Source: an uncultured Gammaproteobacteria bacterium (GTDB lineage Bacteria > Patescibacteriota > Patescibacteriia > Magasanikbacterales > UBA922). Taken from it: a DNA stretch of 41,570 nucleotides. The first letter of the stretch is position 1, and each line of letters begins with the position of its first letter. The position numbers and the translations under genes are program-made. Positions 1 to 7,364 of this stretch are shown here, in pieces. Location of the stretch: contig CAYMID010000002.1 in NCBI GenBank assembly GCA_964390625.1, positions 17,481 to 59,050 of the forward strand. The letters are read 5' to 3'. The notes under the pieces were generated by a model, which worked only from the letters and a program-made list of their open reading frames with translations, was not told the origin of the DNA and searched no databases.

Positions 1-55
1 GGTCAAAATTTGTGAGAGAAATTTGGTTCATAGGTTTGTTTTGGTAAATAAAAAA

Positions 56-79
56 CGGCCTTTTGGCTGGTTTTTATTT
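56..79 (+). terminator. possible intrinsic terminator hairpin for a gene upstream of the window
   Basis: CGGCC-TTTT-GGCTG stem-loop (one G-U pair) followed by GTTTTTATTT. The stem is weak. Confidence 0.3.
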
Positions 80-174
80 AAATTCTAAGGATTCGAAGAT
101 CATATTTTAGCCTTATTTTAGGGGTTCAATTGGTTCTGGATATATGGTACCATTACTTAATTAACCCTGCAATT

Positions 175-1389
175 ATGGCCCAACCCCTGCCACCCCTTGC
201 CGAACGCCTCCGTCCTCAGACTTTGGCTGATTTTGTGGGTCAGGGTGAAATTGTAGGGGAGGGGAAACTGCTGCGCACATTGATTGAAAATGATGACTTG
301 ACCTCGCTGGTGTTTTGGGGTCCGCCAGGGACCGGCAAAACTACGCTCGCGCACATTATTGCCAATGAGACCAAAGCGTATTTTGCGGAACTGTCTGGGG
401 TGGTGAGTGGTAAGGCCGACCTTTTAAAAATAGTGAACGAAGCCAAAGATCGTTTGGCGGTTTCGGGTCAGCGCACCGTGTTATTTGTTGACGAAATTCA
501 CCGTTGGAACAAAGCCCAACAAGATGCGTTGTTGCCGTACGTCGAAAAAGGCTTGGTAATTTTAATTGGGGCCACCACCGAAAATCCGTCGTTTGAAATT
601 GTCGGTGCCTTGTTGTCACGTTCGCGGGTGTTTATTTTGAAGGCCCTAGAAACCCCACAATTAGTGCAGATTTTAAAACGAGCAATCGCAAACACCGAAG
701 TTGGTTTAGGAGCAACAAGTGTAAAAATAGATGATGAAGTGCTCGAATTATTGGCCGAATTATCTGGTGGTGACGCGCGTCAGGCACTTAATGGTTTAGA
801 ATTAGTCATTAAAACAAAATCAGGCAAAGGAAAAATTACACGTGATGATATTAAAGAAGCCTTGCAACGCGTGCATGTAATTTTTGATAAGCGGGGTGAA
901 GAATTTTATAATTTAATTTCCGCGTTGCACAAATCAATGCGCGGTAGTGATGCGAACGCGAGTTTGTATTGGCTCGCGCGCATGTTAGAAGGTGGCGCAG
1001 ATCCACTGTATGTTGCCCGGCGCGTGCTGCGATTCGCGAGTGAAGATATTGGCATGGCTAACAGCGAGGCGCTCATTCAAGCGAACACTGCTTATGATGC
1101 CTGTCATAAATTGGGTATGCCTGAATGTGCCGTTCACCTGGCCCAAGCCGTGGTTTATTGCGCGAAATCCAAAAAATCAAACCTCCTGTATACAGGCTAT
1201 AGCAAAGCCGCCGAAGCCGCACGCGCCACCTCCCATCTTGGTGTTCCGATCCACCTGCGCAATGCCCCCACTAAATTTATGAAGGAGATTGGCTATGGTA
1301 AAGACTATAAGTATAACCCGGATTTTACTGGTCCGGTTGAGCAAGATTATCTTCCGCCAGAAGTAAAGGACCAAAATTTTTTGGGCTAA
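175..1389 (+). CDS. rarA: replication-associated recombination protein A (AAA+ ATPase RarA/MgsA)
   Basis: ORF 130..1389. The ATG at 175 gives MAQPLPPLAERLRPQTLADFVGQ, the typical RarA N-terminus. Walker A is WGPPGTGKTTLA and the MgsA C-terminal domain is present. Position 130 is a TTG and is probably not the start. Confidence 0.9.
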   Translation: MAQPLPPLAERLRPQTLADFVGQGEIVGEGKLLRTLIENDDLTSLVFWGPPGTGKTTLAHIIANETKAYFAELSGVVSGKADLLKIVNEAKDRLAVSGQRTVLFVDEIHRWNKAQQDALLPYVEKGLVILIGATTENPSFEIVGALLSRSRVFILKALETPQLVQILKRAIANTEVGLGATSVKIDDEVLELLAELSGGDARQALNGLELVIKTKSGKGKITRDDIKEALQRVHVIFDKRGEEFYNLISALHKSMRGSDANASLYWLARMLEGGADPLYVARRVLRFASEDIGMANSEALIQANTAYDACHKLGMPECAVHLAQAVVYCAKSKKSNLLYTGYSKAAEAARATSHLGVPIHLRNAPTKFMKEIGYGKDYKYNPDFTGPVEQDYLPPEVKDQNFLG

Positions 1390-1395
1390 ATTTTG

Positions 1396-1424
1396 TTTAA
1401 TAAAACTGCGTATCGTAGTATAAT
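1396..1424 (+). promoter_or_regulatory. putative sigma70 promoter, leaderless-type, for the NRAMP gene
   Basis: TTTAAT-17 nt-TATAAT (-10 at 1419-1424). Only 9 nt separate the -10 from the ATG at 1434 and there is no SD. Confidence 0.4.
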
Positions 1425-1433
1425 AGTCGCACT

Positions 1434-2699
1434 ATGCGCAAACCAATCACTAAATTTTTCAAAAAAATGGGTCCAGGGTTTATCACAGGTGCGTCGGACG
1501 ATGATCCGAGTGGAATTGCGACGTACACGCAAACAGGCGCGCAATTTGGTTTGGGACAATTGTGGACCATGGTGTTGGCCACACCGTTTGTGGCTGCGAT
1601 TCAGCAAATGTGTGGACGGATTGGATTGGTAACAGGAATGGGTTTAGCTGGGGTGATTCGTAAGCACTATTCACGCACGCTGCTCGTGTTTGTAGTGACA
1701 TTATTAGTAGCCGCCAATGCGGTGAATATTGGTGCGGATTTGGGGGCTATGGCCGCGTCGTTGCAGTTATTTGTACCAGTCTCATTTCCGATATTGATTT
1801 TGGGGGTCACTGCCCTTACTTTATTTTTGGAAATTTTTGTTTCGTATAAAGTGTACGTAAAGTATTTAAAATATTTTGCGCTGTCATTGTTGGCGTATTT
1901 TGGAGTGGCGTTTTTTATCACCATTGATTGGCTCGAGGCAGGTAAGCGGTTATTTATTCCCGAGATTATTTGGTCCAAAACGTATTTACTTAATATTGTC
2001 GCCTTGCTCGGCACGACCATTTCACCATATTTATTTTTTTGGCAAACGAGCGAAGAGGTGGAGGAATTGGTAGCGGAAAAGAAATTGGCCGATTTTGGCA
2101 AGGGAAAACCAGATATTACTGCGCTTGATCTCGCGGCTATGCGGGCCGACACTACGCGAGGTATGATTTTTTCTAACGTAGTTTCAATTTTTATTATGAT
2201 GGCCGCGGCGGCAACCTTGTTGCCGTTAGGGATTACACAAGTAGATAACGCCGCACAAGCTGCTGCTGCACTCGAACCAATTGCTGGGCCATGGGCGCAA
2301 CTATTGTTTGCAATTGGGATTATTGGCACGGGTTTGTTGGCTGTACCAGTGCTGGCTGGTTCTGCCTCTTACGCCGTAAGTGAAGCGGCTCAATGGAAGG
2401 AAGGGTTGTTCAAAAAATTCTCGCAGGCACACGGATTTTATGGGGTGATTACCATTGCGACCTTGCTGGGTTTGGCAATTAATTTCACAGACATTCCACC
2501 ATTTCGAGTTTTGTATTACACTGCCGTGCTCAATGGGGTCGCTTCGCCAATTTTAATGGTTTTGATTTTGCTCGTTAGTAATAACAAAAAAATAATGGGG
2601 CGCCGGGTGAATTCGCGACTCGCCAATGTCCTTGGTTGGACAATCACGGTGGTTATGGGGGCGTGTGCGCTGGCGCTTGGGTACACGATGATCTTCTAA
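1434..2699 (+). CDS. NRAMP-family divalent metal cation transporter (MntH-like)
   Basis: GPGFITGASDDDPSGIATYTQTGAQFG N-terminal NRAMP signature. The protein is polytopic and hydrophobic throughout. Confidence 0.85.
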   Translation: MRKPITKFFKKMGPGFITGASDDDPSGIATYTQTGAQFGLGQLWTMVLATPFVAAIQQMCGRIGLVTGMGLAGVIRKHYSRTLLVFVVTLLVAANAVNIGADLGAMAASLQLFVPVSFPILILGVTALTLFLEIFVSYKVYVKYLKYFALSLLAYFGVAFFITIDWLEAGKRLFIPEIIWSKTYLLNIVALLGTTISPYLFFWQTSEEVEELVAEKKLADFGKGKPDITALDLAAMRADTTRGMIFSNVVSIFIMMAAAATLLPLGITQVDNAAQAAAALEPIAGPWAQLLFAIGIIGTGLLAVPVLAGSASYAVSEAAQWKEGLFKKFSQAHGFYGVITIATLLGLAINFTDIPPFRVLYYTAVLNGVASPILMVLILLVSNNKKIMGRRVNSRLANVLGWTITVVMGACALALGYTMIF

Positions 2700-2700
2700 T

Positions 2701-2722
2701 AAAAAATCCCCAGAGAGGGGAT
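2701..2722 (-). terminator. intrinsic terminator of the GC-rich minus-strand unit (also abuts the NRAMP stop)
   Basis: Minus strand reads ATCCCC-TCTCT-GGGGAT followed by TTTTT. Confidence 0.6.
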
Positions 2723-2777
2723 TGATAATAAGGGGACCCGCGACACGAAGTGTGCCGCGGGGATCGCCAGGTGGCGA

Positions 2778-3011
2778 TCAGTTGGAGCGTCGACGGTACT
2801 GGCGACGGTATGGGCAATGAGCCTGTTCGCGAGGACGATTCGGCCGTCGGAATCGAGGGCCCTTTCGCACGCGCGACATCGGCGGCGCATGTCGGGGTTC
2901 GCGGCCGGAACGGGGCAAGTTGAGTACCGTGTAGCTGCGTCGATGGCAGAACTGTCTGTAGAACGCCATTACTGCGGACGGGTCGACCAGTGCCAAGACC
3001 AGAAAAGTCAT
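2778..3011 (-). CDS. candidate 77-aa protein (hydrophobic N-terminus, Arg-rich tail) in GC-rich island 1; could instead be a structured RNA or a gene remnant
   Basis: GGAGGA-TCA-ATG at 3020-3009 (minus). Translation is MTFLVLALVDPSAVMAFYRQF followed by an RxxR-rich tail. It is the internal ATG of track ORF 2778..3137. Two other frames are also open in this GC-rich stretch, so coding status is uncertain. Confidence 0.3.
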   Translation of the reverse strand: MTFLVLALVDPSAVMAFYRQFCHRRSYTVLNLPRSGREPRHAPPMSRVRKGPRFRRPNRPREQAHCPYRRQYRRRSN

Positions 3012-3045
3012 TGATCCTCCAAACGCCAAGTGGGGCGTGGGGATT

Positions 3046-3074
3046 AGTATACCAGCTTGCAGCCTATTTGGCAA
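3046..3074 (-). promoter_or_regulatory. putative sigma70 promoter with extended -10 driving island 1
   Basis: Minus strand reads TTGCCA (3074-3069)-17 nt-TGgTATACT (-10 at 3051-3046). The -35 overlaps the last codons and stop of elp3. Confidence 0.5.
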
Positions 3075-4713
3075 GGGTCTTGGACAGGTAGGTGTCGGCG
3101 TTTTCGTACCCCAGGGCGCGGTAGTAGTCGCGCACACCCACGCCCGAGATCACGGTTAGCTTGCTAAGGCCATGCTCGAGAGTGATTTTTTCGGCCACGG
3201 CCACGAGCTGTTTGCCAAGGCCAGTGTGTTGGCTAGCCGATTCTTCGCGTTGGCCAATGCTCATGAGGCGGCCATACACGTGTAGCTCGCGAATAAAGGC
3301 CGTATCGCGAATAACGGGAAGTTGAGTAATTAAAATTTCTGGAGCCGCAATCGTGGGCACACGCAAACGCAAAAAGCCAAAGACCGCTATGCGATTGGGG
3401 TCTTCGAACGTAATAAAATATTCAGTGCCACCAGTAGTGGCGTATTCATCAATAAAAAGTTGTGGTTCAGTTTCGGCTGGTAAATTTTTGGCCTGGCGCG
3501 CAATTTCACGACAACGTAAACACACGCACCGCAAACCCTGGGCGTGTAATTTTTTTTCTAAAAATTCGCGCAGGTTGGTGACGGTGTTGCCACCCTCAAT
3601 TTCATTAGCTGGAATGTCGCGAATCAAGCGCGAAATACGGCAATAACGCGGGGTGGCCAGTTTCATTTGCAACAGCGCTTCGGTCATGGCCGGTGTGTCG
3701 CCATACGGTTTGTACCGACCATCCAAAAACCATTGGTACAATTCCGCGCTTTTAATAACGGTGTTTGGATAAATTTTAATCATGTCTGGTCGCAAGCCTT
3801 CGTCACTAAAAATTTCTTTATACATCTCGACATCATGCTCTGGACTTGAGCCTGGTAAATCAGGCATAAAGTGCAGGTCAACTTTGAATCCAGCTTGACG
3901 CAACAACAACATGGCGTCGCGGAATTGTTGCACGGTGTGACCACGTTTGATCAGGGTCAAAATCTTGTCATCAGTTGCTTGTAAACCAAGTTCAATGCGC
4001 GTGCAACCCTGTTGACGCATGTGCCAAATTGTTTTTGGTGAAATGGCGTCGGGCCGCGTTTCTAAGGTTAAACCAATGATACGGTGTTTAGCTGTTTCAT
4101 TAATTGTTTGCGCCTTTTGCAGGGCTGCCTGCAATTCTTTGAGCGGGGTGTGCTCGGTAAATGGCGATGGGGCGCTGCGTCCGGCCACACCATCATTACA
4201 TGCCAAAAATGATTCCAAAATATACCAATATTGGTATCCAAGCGTGTATGCATTCCACGTACCGCCTTTAACAATGTATTCGATTTTGTCAGTCGCGTGA
4301 CCACTTTCCTCGAGGGTTTGAATGCGTTGGCGCATTAATTCGTACGGGTCAAAATCAAGTGCGAGCGCGCGGGCAGCGGCTGGTTCAGTGGCAATATAAC
4401 TTTTGGGCATGCGCACTTCGGTTGGACAGTACACGCATTTGCCTGGGCAATTGTATGGTTTAACCAATGACGTCACCACCGCAATCCCCGACAAGCTACG
4501 CACCTCGGCTTTGCGGAGTAATTTTAAAATCACGGGGTCAGGAGTGGTGCTGGTCTTTTTGCACCAGGTTTGATAGGCTACTAACAGTTTGCGGTTGCTA
4601 GGTTGCGCTAGCCCAAGTTGGTTGGCCGCAATGCGGCGCGCATCATCAAACTCAGCCTTGGTTTTAGGCTGAGCGGCAACCACTACTTCAATTATTTGTT
4701 CGTAAACAGACAT
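3064..4713 (-). CDS. elp3: Elp3-type radical SAM / GNAT acetyltransferase (tRNA U34 cm5 modification enzyme family)
   Basis: Radical-SAM Cys cluster CPGKCVYCP, Elp3-like core (IEYIVKGGTWNAY, GLTLETRPD, RIELGLQ) and a C-terminal GNAT domain (IRELHVYG..GLGKQL). Start taken at MSVYEQ (ATG 4713), because the longer track ORF overlaps the opposite gene. Confidence 0.85.
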   Translation of the reverse strand: MSVYEQIIEVVVAAQPKTKAEFDDARRIAANQLGLAQPSNRKLLVAYQTWCKKTSTTPDPVILKLLRKAEVRSLSGIAVVTSLVKPYNCPGKCVYCPTEVRMPKSYIATEPAAARALALDFDPYELMRQRIQTLEESGHATDKIEYIVKGGTWNAYTLGYQYWYILESFLACNDGVAGRSAPSPFTEHTPLKELQAALQKAQTINETAKHRIIGLTLETRPDAISPKTIWHMRQQGCTRIELGLQATDDKILTLIKRGHTVQQFRDAMLLLRQAGFKVDLHFMPDLPGSSPEHDVEMYKEIFSDEGLRPDMIKIYPNTVIKSAELYQWFLDGRYKPYGDTPAMTEALLQMKLATPRYCRISRLIRDIPANEIEGGNTVTNLREFLEKKLHAQGLRCVCLRCREIARQAKNLPAETEPQLFIDEYATTGGTEYFITFEDPNRIAVFGFLRLRVPTIAAPEILITQLPVIRDTAFIRELHVYGRLMSIGQREESASQHTGLGKQLVAVAEKITLEHGLSKLTVISGVGVRDYYRALGYENADTYLSKTLAK

Positions 4714-5410
4714 GTCCGAATTAATCAAACACAATCGTACTGTATATAACCGCATCGCGGCACTTTTTTCGGCTACGCGCGAGTATAATTGGGACGATGT
4801 AGCCCAATTAACTGAGTATCTCAAACCCGGTGACCAGGTTTTGGACCTGGGGTGCGGGAATGGTCGATTATACCAGATTTTAGCCAAAAAACAAGTGCAG
4901 TATACTGGTGCGGACCAAAGTGGTGAACTAATCGCCCTGGCCCAGCAAAAATCCCCTGGGGCCGAGTTTGTGGTGGCCGAGATGACGACCTTGCCTTTTG
5001 CCGATGCCCAATTCGACGCCATTTTTTGCATTGCGGCCCTTAATCACATTCCTGGGCACAAATTGCAGCTCCAGGCCTTGCGCGAAATGCGTCGCGTCCT
5101 TAAGCCGGGCGGGCATTTACTCATGACCAACTGGAATTTACATTCAGACAGTGCGCAAAAAAATATTCGCAAACATGGTTGGGTGATTCGTACAGACATT
5201 GCTGACTCGGCTGGGATCGATGTAATGGTACCATGGAAAAGCCCGCAGGGCGAAACACTGGGCGAGCGGTATTATCACGGTTTTACCGAGGCCGAATTGA
5301 CGCAACTTTTTGGTGAAGCAGAATTTTCAATTGTCGACCAGTATTATAGCTCAAAAGGTGAACGGGTGACTGTTGGCGATGGTGGTAACGTCATTACGGT
5401 TGCTATATAA
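4712..5410 (+). CDS. class I SAM-dependent methyltransferase, Trm9-like
   Basis: VYNRIAALFSATR (compare Trm9/ALKBH8 VYNxIAxHFSxTR), SAM motif I LDLGCGNG, then DVMVPW and RYYHGFTEAEL, which resemble Trm9 hallmarks as recalled from memory. Confidence 0.7.
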   Translation: MSELIKHNRTVYNRIAALFSATREYNWDDVAQLTEYLKPGDQVLDLGCGNGRLYQILAKKQVQYTGADQSGELIALAQQKSPGAEFVVAEMTTLPFADAQFDAIFCIAALNHIPGHKLQLQALREMRRVLKPGGHLLMTNWNLHSDSAQKNIRKHGWVIRTDIADSAGIDVMVPWKSPQGETLGERYYHGFTEAELTQLFGEAEFSIVDQYYSSKGERVTVGDGGNVITVAI

Positions 5411-5420
5411 AAATTTCTTT

Positions 5421-6803
5421 ATGCCTGTCAGCACTAAAAATTTTCCCGCGCCAATTCCACTCCGCAAAATGATTGGACCAAGTTTTATTATTTTGGCACT
5501 GGGGCTGGGATCGGGCGAAGTGATTTTGTGGCCATATTTGGTGGCTAATTATGGTCTTGGAATTGCGTGGGGTGCAGTGCTTGGTATTACCTGCCAGTTT
5601 TTTATAAACATGGAAATCGAGCGGTATGCGCTCGTGCGCGGCGAAAGTGTGTTTGTTGGACTTGCGAAAATGTCGCGCGCATGGCCATATTGGTTTGTGG
5701 CTTCGACATTTATTGCCTTTGGTTTGCCGGGTATTATTGCGGCGGGCGCGCAATTATTGGCCTCTGTATTTAGTTTGAGTAATTACACGTGGTTGGCCGC
5801 TGGATTGTTAGTTGCGATTGGATTAACGCTCAGTTTGGGGAAAACCGTGTATGGTTTAATGGAAAAACTTACAACCACTGTGGTTTTGATTGGTGTGCCG
5901 TTTATTTTTGTGTTGGCAATTTGGGTTAGTGGCCCGGCCGATTGGCAAGCTGCTCTGAGTGGTTTAATGGGGCAGGGAAATGGGTATCAATTTTTACCAA
6001 GCGGGATTGCGCTCGCTACATTTTTGGGCGCATTTGCGTACTCGGGCGCCGCGGGTAATTTGAATTTGACCCAATCAATTTATATTAAAGAAAAAGGGTA
6101 TGGCATGGGGGCCTTTGCCCAAAAAATTGCTGGACTTTTTCACAAAGATAAACACGAGCCGATTCAATTGGAGGGAGTAACGGTCGCAGATACGGTCGCC
6201 AATCAATTGTTGTTCAAAAAATGGTGGCGTCTGGTGAATACTGAACATGCGTTAGTGTTTTGGTTCATGGGCGCATTGGCAATGGTGTTGCTAATGACGT
6301 TGTCGTATGCTACCGCATATGGAACTGGCAACACAGCCACGGGAATTAATTTTGTGATTACCGAAGCGGCCGCAATTGGGCAGCGCACTGCACCGATTTT
6401 TGGAACACTTTTTTTGCTCGCAGCGGGGATTATGTTAGTACAAACCCAACTAGGGGTGATGGACTCAACCTCGCGTATTATGGCCGAAAATTGGGCCTTG
6501 CGACGTGGCAAAAGTGGAGATATTAATTTGTCTAAAATGTATGGTGCTTTTTTGTGGGCGCAAATTGCGTTTGGGTGCGTTTTGTTTGCGCTTGGTATTC
6601 ATGAGCCAAAAAACTTAATTGTGGCTGGCGCCGTGATGAATGCAATTGCGATGTTTGTCCACATTGGGCTGGTGTCTTGGTTAAATTGTCGGACACTACC
6701 AAAATCATTTCAACCAAAAAATTGGCGCCGTGCGGTAATTGGAGCCATTTTTATCTTCTTTGGGGCTTTTAGCACAATTGTGCTCACGGATCTTTTTAAG
6801 TAA
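5421..6803 (+). CDS. NRAMP-related polytopic membrane transporter
   Basis: Start at MPVSTKNF (ATG 5421), 10 nt after the methyltransferase stop. Contains LGLGSGEVILWPYLVANYG and about 11 hydrophobic segments. Distant NRAMP-like family. Confidence 0.65.
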   Translation: MPVSTKNFPAPIPLRKMIGPSFIILALGLGSGEVILWPYLVANYGLGIAWGAVLGITCQFFINMEIERYALVRGESVFVGLAKMSRAWPYWFVASTFIAFGLPGIIAAGAQLLASVFSLSNYTWLAAGLLVAIGLTLSLGKTVYGLMEKLTTTVVLIGVPFIFVLAIWVSGPADWQAALSGLMGQGNGYQFLPSGIALATFLGAFAYSGAAGNLNLTQSIYIKEKGYGMGAFAQKIAGLFHKDKHEPIQLEGVTVADTVANQLLFKKWWRLVNTEHALVFWFMGALAMVLLMTLSYATAYGTGNTATGINFVITEAAAIGQRTAPIFGTLFLLAAGIMLVQTQLGVMDSTSRIMAENWALRRGKSGDINLSKMYGAFLWAQIAFGCVLFALGIHEPKNLIVAGAVMNAIAMFVHIGLVSWLNCRTLPKSFQPKNWRRAVIGAIFIFFGAFSTIVLTDLFK

Positions 6804-6843
6804 TCACGCCCTCAATTGGTCCTGGTGGGACAAATAATCGGAC

Positions 6844-6868
6844 GGGCGAGAGTATCCAACTCTCACCC
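6844..6868. terminator. hairpin between convergent genes (terminator-like, no clean T-run)
   Basis: GGGCGAGAGT-ATCCA-ACTCTCACCC, 9 of 10 bp paired. Confidence 0.3.
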
Positions 6869-6879
6869 TGTATTTGCTG

Positions 6880-7293
6880 TTAACGTTGTCGCAGCGCCAT
6901 CATGATGCGGTTGATCTCATCGCGTCGATTACGCAATGCAAAGAGAACGACCGCCTGCCGTGGCTGATAGGGTATGAGATCACTCGTGTAGCGACAGAGG
7001 TGCGGATGGTCGAGCACGAGCTCGCTGTCCTTGTCCGTCGTGAGTTCGACTTGGATCTTCCCGCCGACCAGGGTCATGGTGACTGGCGGCTGCATTTTGA
7101 GGTGCAGAATCAACTCACGTGTGCTGCTACCAACACCTCGGTTGAGCTGGTAGATCTCGAAGGCATGTTGGGCCCGTAGCAACCAATTCTTTCGGGCCAC
7201 GAGTTCTGCGAGGTCATCCCTGGTCGTTTGGGTATATCCTCTAGTCTCTGCCTGGAGTTGTCGCCTTTTTCGGCGATTTAGCGGTGTCGTCAT
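6880..7293 (-). CDS. hypothetical 137-aa protein in GC-rich island 2
   Basis: It is the longest ORF spanning the island. The ATG at 7293 is preceded by GGGGGG 7 nt upstream. By hand reading the third codon position is mostly G/C. No family recognised. Confidence 0.5.
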   Translation of the reverse strand: MTTPLNRRKRRQLQAETRGYTQTTRDDLAELVARKNWLLRAQHAFEIYQLNRGVGSSTRELILHLKMQPPVTMTLVGGKIQVELTTDKDSELVLDHPHLCRYTSDLIPYQPRQAVVLFALRNRRDEINRIMMALRQR

Positions 7294-7364
7294 TAACAGT
7301 CCCCCCTACGACGCAGTCTCGCGTCGTTTGGTGACAGGGTAATGGTAAAATTAGAAAAAGTCAA

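Noticed and set aside
2717-3052. GGGGATTGATA / GGGGATTAGTA direct repeats flanking island 1 as target-site duplications
   Set aside because: Only 7 nt are identical. The left copy is part of the terminator stem and the right copy overlaps the -10 region, so both have simpler explanations.
2725-3063. RNase P RNA or tmRNA in GC-rich island 1 (the size of ~340 nt fits)
   Set aside because: On either strand I could not find the RNase P P4 motifs (GAGGAAAGUCC / ACAGAAxCCGGCUUA). I also found no tmRNA tRNA-like ends (GGGG...UUCGAC 5' end, GGUUCGAxUCC...CCA 3' end). Only loose fragments such as AGAAAAGTCA are present. A covariance-model search is still needed.
3064-5031. Full 655-aa ORF as the elp3 gene, and similar N-terminal extensions of other track ORFs (11998..13347, 14947..16269, 17848..20739, 22778..23758, 26438..27352)
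   Set aside because: The extensions overlap neighbouring genes or intergenic promoters and have non-protein-like composition. Internal ATGs give N-termini that match each family.
1434-6803. Two NRAMP-family transporters flanking the Fe-S enzyme Elp3 as a functional metal-supply cluster
   Set aside because: The idea is plausible, but there is no regulatory element (for example a metal riboswitch or Fur/MntR box) that I could identify. The two transporters are distant paralogs on separate transcription units, so the linkage may be coincidental.
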